Positions 45,564 to 56,277 of a stretch of DNA of 64,000 bases are shown here, piece by piece. How positions within the stretch are numbered: position 1 is the stretch's first letter; the number at the start of each line of letters is the position of its first letter. Origin of the DNA: an uncultured Chloroflexia bacterium (GTDB taxonomy: Bacteria > Chloroflexota > Limnocylindria > Limnocylindrales > CSP1-4); NCBI GenBank assembly GCA_963833705.1, contig CAWHYQ010000007.1, forward strand, positions 3,982-67,981, given 5' to 3'. The notes under the pieces were generated by a model. The model ran no database searches and had not been told where the DNA came from. It saw only the letters and a list, made by a program, of their open reading frames with translations. Both the position numbers and the translations under genes were made by a program.

Positions 45564-46464
45564 TCACCGAAGGGCCTCGGTGAAGTCCTCGTGGCCACCG
45601 AGCCCCAGGACCTGGAGCCAGACGTCGGTGCCGACCGGTGTCGGGCAGCGCCGTGGCGTCGAATTCGACGAGCATTGCACCGAGCGTCGTCCGCGGCACG
45701 TTCGGGTTGAGGGCGACGACGGTCGCGTCGAGGCCGCGGGTCCGGAGCTCGGGCAAGACGAGGGCCCAGGCGTAGCCAGCGAGTCCCGGGTAGCCGCCCT
45801 TCTGACGGCCGATGCCGGCGAGGGAGCCGGCCCGTTCGGCCGACGGGACGACGAACAGGAGATGCCACCCGGGCTTGGAGCGGATGGCGGTCTCGTATCG
45901 GCCGAGCTTGTCGCGGATCACCGGACCGCGCTCGGTGTTCTGGTCGATCTCGAGACACAGGACCGCAGAGCCCGACGCTGCCTGGAGGACGACGACGGCA
46001 TCGGGGTAGGTCTTGGGCAGCAGGTCGTGGGCCATGTCCTCCGTCAACCAGGCCTGGACGAGCGGCTCGCTGCTGCCCTCGCCGCGAGAAGCGGTCACGA
46101 GCGCGCAGACCGTCTCGACGCCGTTGAGGCTGTGGCGGAGCTGGGTGCCGGCACGTGAGCGAGTGAGCGGGAGGTAGCCGAGACGACGACGTCCGCGGGG
46201 AGAGACACGAAACGCGTAGGGAGCACCACCGCGGCTGGACGGTGGCAGGATCGCACGTTCGAGATAGCCCGCGCGATAGAGCGCGCTGAGACGTTCCTGC
46301 GCCGTTTGTCGGCGGGTGTGGACGAGCGTGGTGAGTTGAGAGGTTGTCGCGACATCGGCGCGATAGAGGATGCGGAGCGCAGCTCGATCGCGGTAGGAGA
46401 GGAAGCCTGGATCGACGATGACCCGGCGAGGTGGTGCGGGTGCCGCGGTGAACGCACCGATCAT
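45564..46464 (-). CDS. Replication-relaxation family protein, copy 2 (1-nt insertion near 45660)
   Basis: Near-identical protein to 14943-15842; 901 vs 900 nt; frame is open upstream to ATG 46626. Confidence 0.85.
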
Positions 46465-46922
46465 GGGTCTGTAGGGTCTCAGCCCGGATTGTGCACAGCC
46501 ACGCACGAAACGGGGGGCAGGGACCGGGGTCCCGAAACCCCGCTCGGATACCCCATCCCTGCCACCTGTGGGCGGCCGAGCGACTGGCCGGCTGACTTGT
46601 CGCTGATCGAGTTGCCGTTGAACCATCGGAGGGCGACCTCATAGAAGGACTGTGCGTACCGAGTTTTCGACGGACTGGCCACGTTCCTGCCCGCTGGAGC
46701 GGGTCCCATCACGGGAGCCGTCACGCCTGGGACGACCCGACCGAACAGGACCGCTCGCGGAGCAGTCGCGACGCGGACGTCTCGATCGTCGACCCGAATG
46801 CCGTCAGCGACCGCCGGAGCGTTGCTCTGACGCGATCGACACGGCGGACCGCAGCGCCAGCTGCTCAGCCCACCGAGACAGTATTCAGGCGGACCGACCG
46901 AGGCGTCAGCCGCCGAGCCTCG
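46465..46922 (-). ncRNA. Putative large structured RNA/leader, copy 2
   Basis: Reverse-complement homolog of 14485-14942 with stems retained. Confidence 0.6.
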
Positions 46923-46951
46923 ATGCTAGGACGCTCGCGGGCCGAATGGAA
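46923..46951 (-). promoter_or_regulatory. Promoter of the RNA/relaxase module, copy 2
   Basis: TTCCAT-17 bp-TAGCAT on the minus strand. Confidence 0.65.
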
Positions 46952-47205
46952 GGGCTTCTGTGTACGAGATTGTGTGCCGCTCATTTCCGGACGAGTCGGG
47001 AGGGTGGGCGGAAGCCCTCGGGACTCGCTGGATTCCCGACGACCCGGTTGAGGCCCCGCATTGTCGCGCCTAAGATCATTCGATCGTCCTTGGTGCGGAC
47101 TGGTGCGGTAGTCCCCAGTTGACGCGGCCGACACCCGGGCGGACGATGCTGGACGGCACGGGGGCGGGCACGCTATCCGGAAGGCGCGGGGGTCGAGGAG
47201 GGATC

Positions 47206-50200
47206 GTGTTTCACGATCAGCCATCGCGCCGCGGCTTTGTGTTGCTCAGCGCAATCTTGTTGTCGACGCAATTGGCGTGGGTCCCAGCCGCCACTGCGGC
47301 CACACCCGGCGCTCCGATCCGATACACCTACGATCCGAGTGGCCGCCTATCCGCCGTGATCGATCCGGCAGCCGGTTCCGCCCAGTACGCGTACGACGCC
47401 GCCGGCAACAACACCTCGATCACCCGCCGAGCCGCGACCGTCGCGGCGATCCTAGAGTTCTCGCCACGATCCGGCCCGACCGGCACCCAGGTGACAATCG
47501 ACGGCACGGGCTTCAGCGCGACGCCTTCCCAGAACACGGTCAAGGTCCACGGCGTCGTCGCGACGGTCGTTTCTGCCACGCCGACCGAGATCGTCGCCAC
47601 CGTGCCCGCGTCCGCGACGACCGGCACGATCAGTGTGACAAGTCCGGCCGGCACGGCGACCAGCACGGCGTCGTTCACCGTCGGTTCGGTTGTGCCGACC
47701 GTGAGCGGTTTCTCCCCGGCGATGGCCTCGCCGGGTGCGACGCTGACGATCACGGGCACGAACTTCGACACCACAGCCGCCTCGGACTCCGCCCGGGTCA
47801 GCCTGCTCCTCGCCAAGGTGACTTCGGCGACCGCCACCTCGATCGCCGCCGTCGTACCACCTGGTGCGTCCGGTCACGTCTCGGTCACCACACGCAACGG
47901 GACGGCCACGAGTTCGGGCTACTTCTTCGTACCTCCACCCGGTCGTACCACGGCCGACATCGACGACACCAAGACGGCGACCATCGGCGGTGCGGCCGTC
48001 ACGGCGACGGTCACGCACGCGGGCAACGACGCCCTGATCGTCTTCGACGGCACCCAGGGTCAGCTCGTGGCCTGGACGTTCGGCACCGTGACCGTGAGCA
48101 ACTCGGTGACGATCCTCGCCCCGGATGGCTCGACCCTGCGTGGCGCGCAGGGCACCGGAAGCGGAACGTTCTACGACTCGATGGCGCTGCCCATGTCCGG
48201 CACCTACACGATCTGGGTCGACGGGAGCGTCGGGACGGTCGGCACCCTAGCGGTCCAGGTCCTGAGCGTGCCGCCCGATGCGACGGCCACAGGCACGATC
48301 GGCGGACCGATGACGACCGTGACCACGACCGTCTCCGGCCAGAACGCCAAGATCCTGTTCGACGCCACCCAGGGCACACTGGCCAGCTGGCTGATGGGCT
48401 ACACCGCCTACAACAACCGCGCCCGGATCCTGAACCCGGACGGCTCGGTCCTCCGCGACTGGCAGGGCACCGCCAACGGCATCTTCTTCGAGCCCCTGAC
48501 CCTGCCGGCGACCGGGACCTACACGATCGCCATCGACGGCATCGGGTCCGAGGCGGGCAGCCTGACCTTCCAGGTCTTCAGCGTTCCGGCGGATGCCAGT
48601 GCCACGGGCACGATGGGCGGGCCGATGACCACGGTCACCACGACCACGCCCGGCCAGAACGCGAAGATCCTGTTCGACGGCACGCAGGGCACGCTGGCCA
48701 GTTGGCTGATGGGTTACACGGCCTATAACAACCGCGCCCGCATCCTCAACCCCGACGGCTCGGTCCTGCGTGACTGGCAGGGGACCGCCAACGGCATCTT
48801 CTTCGAGCCGCTCACGCTCCCAGCCACCGGGACCTACACGATCGCCATCGACGGCATCGGCTCCGAGTACGGCGGCCTGACCTTCCAGGTCCTGAACGTG
48901 CCCGCCGATGCGACCGCCACCGCCACGGTCGGCGGCCCGCTGACCACGGTGACCACGACCGTGTCCGGCCAGAACGCGAAGATCCTGTTCGACGGCACGC
49001 AGGGCACGCTCGTGAGCTGGCTCTTCGGCACGACGACGTACAACAACCGCGCCCGCATCCTCAATCCCGATGGCTCGGTCCTGCGCGACTGGCAGGGCAC
49101 GTCGAATGGGTTGCTCTTCCCCGCGCTGACACTGCCTGCCACCGGCACTTACACGATGGCGATCGATGGCATCGGTCCGGACTATGGGTCGATCGGCGTC
49201 CAGGTCCAGAACGGCCGGGCTTCGCCCCGCGGGCGCCGACTGATGCCGCGCCGGCAGTCCTTGCGGTCTGGCATGGTGGCGAAAGCGCGTCCACGTCGAG
49301 CATCGGCAACTCGCCGGGCCGCATCGAGCCCCGCCCGCCGATCGATCCCGCGGCCGATCCGCCGCCGGCGACCGGTCCCGAGGACTGGACCCCCGATCCC
49401 TCGAATCAGCACGGTGACTGGCGATCGCATCGACCCCGTTCCGCCTGGGAGGACCAGGCTCCGCTACGGGCAGGGTCGGGTGTCACAGCCCTGAGTGGTC
49501 TCGTGCTCGACCTTCGCGGCGAGCCGTTGCAAGGCGTCACCCTGACGGTCGGCGACAAGGCGACCACAAGCGACGCGAGGGGTCGGTTCCTGCTCGCGGA
49601 CGTCGATCCTGCGAGCCCGACCCTCGAGATCGAAGGCTCGACCGCCGCTCGGCCCGGCCGGACATATGGCTTCTTCGAGGCGCGGGTCGAGCTTGCGGCA
49701 GGCCTAACGACGGTGCTGCCGTACACGATCTGGATGCCGAAACTCGACACGGCCCACACCGTGACGATCCCGGCCGTGATCGACCACGACATCGTGGTCA
49801 CGACCCCGAAGATCCCGGGGCTCGAGCTGCACATCCCGGCCGGGTCGTCGATCACCGACGAGGACGGTCACCCAGTGACCGAGATCGGGATCACCCCGAT
49901 CCCGATCGACCGCACCCCGTTCCCGCTTCCGGTGAACTCGATCATCCCGGTCTACTTCACCATCCAGCCCGGCGGTGCCTATGTCGCCCCCAAAGGTGCC
50001 TGGCTCGTCTACCCGAACTACATCAACGCGAGCCCAGGTGCCGGGATCGACTTCTTCAGCTACGACCCCGACGACAAGGGTTGGCACGTCTACGGCCACG
50101 GCACCACCAGCCCCGACAACTCGCAGATCGTGCCCGATGCCGCCACCCGGATCTGGGCCTTCACCGGGGCGATGATCAACAGCGGCAACAACCCCGCGAG

Positions 50201-53200
50201 CACCGGGCCTAACCATGGCAGCGGCGACGGGGACCCGGTCGATCTCAACAGCGGTCTTTTCGTGCTGAGCAAGACCGACCTGGTCCTCGATGGCGTCATG
50301 CCCTTGAGCGTGACGCGAACCTATCGCCCGAACGACACGGACAACCGGCCATTCGGCAAGGGGACGAACTGGAACTTCGGGATCTTCCTGTGGTCGGCCG
50401 TGCAGTACCAGGAAGCCGATCTGGTGCTGCCTAGTTCGCAGCGGATCCACTACGTCCGCACGTCGCCTGGGACCGGGCCGACCGACGCCATCTTCGAGAG
50501 CACGGCGACCCCGGACGCCTACTACAAATCGACGATCAGCTGGAACGGTGCCGGCTGGGACCTCCGGCTTCGCGACGGCACGGTCTACGTGTTCGGCGAG
50601 AACGCGCCGCTCCAGTCGATCCGCGATCGTTATGGCAACCGGGTCAACCTCATCCACCAGGGCGGCGGACAAGGCGGCAACGTCATCGCCTTGACGTCGT
50701 CGAGCGGGCGCTGGATCACCCTCGGTTATGACGCGAGCAACCGGATCACGTCCGCGACCGACGACACGGGGCGCGTGGTCGGTTACACGTACGACGCGAA
50801 TGGCTACCTCTGGAAGGTGACCGATCCGAACGGCGGCCTGACGACGTACACGTACGACGCATCGGGGCGGATGACGACGCTCAAGGATGCACGGCTCATC
50901 ACCTTCCTGACCAACGACTACTACGCCGACGGCAAGGTCCAGAAGCAGACCCAGGCCGACGGGACCACCTACCAGTTCGCCTACACGACCGACGCCGGCG
51001 GCAAGGTCATCCAGACCGACGTCACGGACCCCCGAAACAACGTCCGGCGGGTGACCTTCGATTTCGACCGGCTACCCGTTGACCGACACCAGCGCTTTGG
51101 GGACGTCGCAGGCCGAGACGACGACGATCGTCCGCCAGGCGAGCGGGGAGCTGCCGACCAGCATCACGGACGCCCTCGGGCGTCGGACCGACATCGCCTA
51201 CGACCCGTCGGGCAACGTCACGACCGCGACCCGACTCGCGGGCACGGCCAACGCGGTCACCACCACGATGACGTACGAGCCGGTCTTCAACCAGGTCAAG
51301 ACGGTCACCGACCCGCTCAGCCACACGACGACGTACGACTACTACGCCGACGGCAGTCTCAAGACCGTGACGGACCCGCTCAGCAAGGTCACGACCTTCA
51401 CCGACAACGTCGCCGGGCAGCCGCTGACGGTCAAGGACCCAACGAACAAGACGACGACGTTCGAGTACGCGTTCGGCGACCAGACGGCAGCCATCGACCC
51501 CCTCGGTGCCAAGACCAAGCGGTACGTCGATGCCGCCGGTCGGGTGGCGAGTGTCGTCGACCCAATGGCCAACCTGACCAAGACCGACTTCGACGCCCTC
51601 AACCGCCCGACCAAGGTCACGGATCCGCTCGCGGGCCTCACCCAGTTCACCTATGACCCCAACGGGAACATCCTCACGTTGTCCGATCCTCGCAACGGTG
51701 TCACGACCTACACCTACGACTCCATGGATCGTGTGGCCACACGCAAGGACCCCTTGCTCAAGACCGAGTCCTACATCTACGACGGCAACGGCAACCTGAC
51801 CAAGGTCACCGACCGGCTCGGGCTCGTCACGACCTACCAATACGACCCGCTCAACCGCAAGACGTTCGCCGGCTTCAAGACGCAGGGGACGTCGCCCAAC
51901 TTCACCTACGAGAGCACGATCGGCTACACCTACGACGCGGGCAACCGGACGCGGACCGCGGTCGATTCGCTCGCGGGTACCGTCGCGCTCGGCTACGACG
52001 ATCTCGATCGGCTGACGTCCGACAGCTCGCCTCAGGGCACGACGAGCTACGGCTACGACAACGCCGGTCGGCAGACGTCGATGACCCTGACTGGTCAGCC
52101 GCAGGTCACCTATCTCTACGACAACGCGGACCGCCTGACCTTGATCACCCAAGGCGCCGCATCGGTCGCGTCGACCTACGACGATGCCGGACGCCTGCTC
52201 ACCTCGACCTTGCCGAACGGCTTCGTCGGCACGTACACCTATGACGACGACTCGCACATCAAGACCCTCACATACACGACTGGGTCGACGACGATCGGCG
52301 ATCTTTCCTACACCTATGATGCGTCGGGTCATCGAACGACGGCCGGCGGCAGTCTCGCCCGAGTGAGTCTGCCGACGGCGGTCAGCACGACTACCTACAA
52401 CGCCGACAACCAGTTGACCAAGTGGGCCAGCACCGCCACCCAGCCGACATACGACCTGAACGGAAACATGCTGGCGGACGGCACTTATACCTACACGTGG
52501 AACGCCCGACACCAGCTCACCCAGGTCAAGCAGGGCACCACGGTCACCGCAGCTTACGGGTACGACGCCCTCGGTCGGCGGATCAGCAAGACCCTGTCAG
52601 GGACGACGACCGGCTTCGCCTATCAGGGCGGCAACTTCATCCAGGAGAAGAACGGTTCGGGCACGCCGACTGCGAACCTCCTGGCGGGCGGCACCGACCA
52701 GACCTTCAGCCGGACCGACAGTGCCGGCGCGCGCTACTTCTTGACTGACGCCCTCGGCTCGAGCGTCGGCCTGGTCGATGGGGCCGGCACCACTCAGACG
52801 AGTTACACGTATGAGCCGTACGGCAAGACGACCGTCACGGGCTCGTCCAATGGTAACGCCCAGCAATTCACCGGTCGAGAGAACGACGGCCCGCTCTACT
52901 ACTACCGAGCACGCTACTACAACCCGACATTCGGTCGGTTCATCAGCGAGGACACGGCCGGCCAAGCGGGAAGCGGCCCAAACCTCTATGTCTACGCCGA
53001 TGATGACCCGGTCATCTGGCGAGATCCAACTGGCAAGATCACGGCAGGTCTTTGCTTCAGTGCTGCTGGCGTTCTCGGTTTCTTTGGTGCCGTCGGTGAG
53101 GTCTGTCTCGTTGGGTCGAGTGCCGGAGAATTGGGGGTCACGGTTTCGGGTGGCGGCGGTGGAGCCGTAGGCGCGGGCGTCTCCGGCACGATTGGATTCC

Positions 53201-53496
53201 AAGGTTCCACGGCGGACCGCATCGACGATCTCGGTGGGCCTTTCGTGTATGCCGGCGCCAGGGCCGGCTTCGCCGGAAGCGGCTCTGTAAATGGATTCCA
53301 AGGCAGGGGCACCACCAACTCGCTCGTGACAGGCGGAGAGGTCGCGGTCGGGGTCGGTGAGGGGGCATCGTGGATGTTGGGATTTACAGCGACCAAGGTC
53401 TTCCACATCGATCCCGTCGGCTTCTTTAGCCACTTCAATCCGCTGAACATTTTCGGAGACGATCAAGGCATTCTGGGAAGGCGTAAAAGTGTATGA
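47206..53496 (+). CDS. Large RHS/YD-repeat polymorphic toxin with IPT/TIG domains and twin-arginine signal (frameshifts near 49220-49500 and 51060)
   Basis: GGAGG then GTG 47206, SRRGFVLL, IPT repeats, GDPVDL (DUF6531-like), YD repeats, YYYRARYYNPTFGRFISED...DPTG core, Gly-rich tip. Confidence 0.9.
47960..49210 (+). repeat. Intragenic tandem repeat, 315-bp (105-aa) unit, three close copies plus one degenerate
   Basis: GGCCAGAAC recurs at 48337, 48652, 48967; ARILNPDGSVLRDWQGT repeats. Confidence 0.9.
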
Positions 53497-54007
53497 GTTC
53501 GGATTGCTCGTAGCGCTGGGGCTGATTGGTTCAGCGCTCCTTTGGTACAACCAAGCGAACGCCCGGTTCAGCGAACGGGTTCTCGGCCGCGTCGGAACAC
53601 GCCCTGCAGACGACGTGACTGAATCGTCGCAAACGCGTCCCAGGGACTCAACAATCGTCAGGAGAGCTTGGGGAGTGCCATCGGACGACCCAGAGACGGA
53701 GCATTGGCGAGGGCTGATGCACCGGCGTTTCAGAATCTTCCTGTTAGGTGGGCCGCTCTTGTTCCTGTTGCCGATGCTATTTGGCTTGATCGGCTTGGAC
53801 GCGGCAATCATTTCGGGCGCCGGCCTGTTCGCATATGTGTGGCTGGGCGGCGCGCTCGTCCTCCTCGCCGTGTGGACGTTCCGATTCGTCGTGACCTTGA
53901 TCGCTTATGGGGCCGGTTCACCGCTCGAGATACGCGCAATGTTGACGTCGGTCGGCGGAGTGTCCGTCGCCGTGATCGTACTGATCGGGCTGCTGCTCGT
54001 GCGGTAG
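53489..54007 (+). CDS. Putative membrane immunity protein of the RHS toxin
   Basis: Overlaps the RHS stop; about 4 TM helices; lower GC. Confidence 0.7.
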   Translation: MYEFGLLVALGLIGSALLWYNQANARFSERVLGRVGTRPADDVTESSQTRPRDSTIVRRAWGVPSDDPETEHWRGLMHRRFRIFLLGGPLLFLLPMLFGLIGLDAAIISGAGLFAYVWLGGALVLLAVWTFRFVVTLIAYGAGSPLEIRAMLTSVGGVSVAVIVLIGLLLVR

Positions 54008-54611
54008 ACGGGTCATTTCAATCATGAATGGCGGTGGCCTATCGGGTGACCGTGTGGCAGGACGGCTGAACGCGTCCGCCGACCCTACGCGGGTAATTCT
54101 GGTCGTGCGCGGCCTTATCCATCGCCCGGTCGACCGTCGGCTCGGTCGGGCCGCCAGCGATAGCCTCGCCTTACATGCAGGCAGCGGGTCGCGGTGCCGG
54201 AGTGGCCCCCATCGGAACGCGGCTGTACAACGGTAAGCCGCGCGCGACTAGCCTTCCCTGACCGGGCTAGTACCGAAGGGCTCGAATCCCCCCCGCGCTC
54301 GGCGTTCCAGATCCCAAAGCCGAGCACGTCCGCGAGCATGTCGAGTACGGCGGCAAGGGCCGCTTGACGCTCCAAAGCCTCGATGCCGTTCGTGACGTCG
54401 ATACACAGAAGGGAAAGTCCTCGACCGGACCGAGGACATCGAGCGACTGCGGGCCTAGCCGAGTCGCCGCCGCCGCCACATGGGCGCTGAGTGGCGTCTC
54501 AGCCAGCCGAGGCGGGCGCAAAGTTACTTCCATTGGCGCCTTGTCGCCAGGCAGTCATCCGCTCAAGCGACGCCAGCGCGAGCCTCTCTGACCTCGCTTG
54601 TTATCTCGGCC

Positions 54612-56113
54612 TCAAGTCCTCTCGCCCCGACCAAACTCACCGATCTGGCGTCCGAGCTCGAGCACCGCCGGTAGCGCGGCGTCGAGACCGAGGTCGATCG
54701 CGTCGGGCGTGAGCTCGTACTCCAGCCGCTCGAAGCCCAGCACGTCGAGCCTGGCGAAGATCGCCGTCACGAGCGCCTGTCGTCCTTCGGGTCCGAATCG
54801 GCCCAGAGCGACGGCAGCGAGCGCAGGTAGTCGACGATCTCGTGCGGCGTGAGCCGCGGTCTCGCAGTGGCTCCCGGGCGATCCGTTCCTCGGCGTCGAG
54901 CCGCGCCATCGTCGCCTGCCAGGCGGCCATGTCGCGGGTCTTGGCGAGCGCGCGTGCGGCGTCGTCGCGCTCCCGCTCGATGCGGGCGAGGGTGAGCTCG
55001 TCCGACCCGCGGCCGGTCGATCGCCGTAGAGCCGGACGACCTCGCTGATGGTCGCGTCATCGACGCGCGCCGATCTGGGCGAGGAGCGCGCCGACCGCGT
55101 CCTCGTACCACGCCTGCGGATAGCAGTGGCCCTTGATCCGGGTGTCGTGGCCTCGGCTCGCGCCGCGCGTCCGGACCAGCGGCTCGCCGCCAGGAACGCC
55201 TCGCACGTCGGCGCCGGATGGCGGTAGCGGCCGACGTCGCCGTAGAGGTACTCGCCGCAGCCGGCGCAGCGCAGGCGCAGGGCGTAGGCGCGCTTGACGA
55301 TGCGGCCGGGCGTCCGCGTCCGGCGTCGCTCGCGCATCGTCTGCACCGTCGACCAGAGCGCCGGGTCGACGATCGGCGCGATGCCCGCCGGCTCGCCGGT
55401 CCGCAGCCGCCCGGCGTAGATCGGGTTGGTCAGGACCTCGCCGACGTGGGTCTTGGCGAGGCCCGTCTGGGCCGCGACCTCCCAGTCCGTGCGAGCCGGT
55501 CGCCGCGAGCTCGTAGGCGCGGCCGACGATCGCCGCCTTCTCGTCGTCGACCCGCAGGATCGAGGGCTTGCCCTCGCGGATGAGGCCGAAGGGCATCCGG
55601 TTGCCACCGGGGACCCCGAGCCGTCGTCGCTTGGCGGCGTAGCCCTCGCTGACGCGCTTGGAGAGCTTGCGGCTGTACGCCTCGGCCTCGTGGGCCTCGC
55701 GGATGAACTGGTCCCAGTGGCCGGGGTCGACGCACAGGAGCCGCTCGTCGGCGAACAGGACGACGACGCCCGCCGGCATGGAGGTGGTCCTCGACCGCGA
55801 TGAGGGTCTGCTTGAGGTTGCGCAGGAAGCGGCTGACGTAGCCGACGACGAGGACGTCGAAGGCGCCCGCCGTGGCCGAGCCGATCATCGCCTCCCAGGC
55901 GGCGCGTCCGCCAGGCCGACGTCCAGCCCGACGAGGCCACCGACCACTCGAGGCCGGCGTCGAGCAGGCCGTAGCGGTCGATGGCGCGGTCCTGCTGCTC
56001 GCGCTGGGCGTCGGGCCGAAGTTGTCGCACTGGCCGGCGGTCGACTCGCGGAACCAGCGAGCGGCCCGCAGGCCCTCGATCGCCTCGATCGACGGTGGCA
56101 GCATCCGGGTCAT
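54612..56113 (-). CDS. Large serine recombinase B (frameshifted)
   Basis: RWFRESTAGQ, FDVLVVGYVSRFLRN, MPFGL, NPIYAG, CAGCG; ends GRGERT* across the att core. Confidence 0.9.
54617..54633 (+). repeat. att core (tRNA-Pro 3' end copy) between islands A and B
   Basis: Identical to 43771-43787; 21/22 match from 54612. Confidence 0.92.
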
Positions 56114-56277
56114 GGTCGTGGCCCCTGGGTCATCGGACGTCGGACCTTACCTCGGTCACGCCGTTGTTCAAGCTCGAGGATCGCTACGACCAGGGCATAC
56201 ACGACGCTGTTGGCGCCGGGAGCGCGAACCTCGAGCGGCGTCGGTTCGCGATGGATGGGCGCGACCGGGGCGTTCAT
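56110..56277 (-). CDS. Small ORF coupled between primase and recombinase B
   Basis: MNAPVAP...NSVVYALVVAILELEQRR; ATGA overlaps at both ends. Confidence 0.55.
   Translation of the reverse strand: MNAPVAPIHREPTPLEVRAPGANSVVYALVVAILELEQRRDRGKVRRPMTQGPRP

Noticed and set aside
54008-54605. Unannotated 600 nt at the right end of island A
   Set aside because: No convincing ORF, repeat or structure could be supported by eye; probably decayed cargo or att arm.
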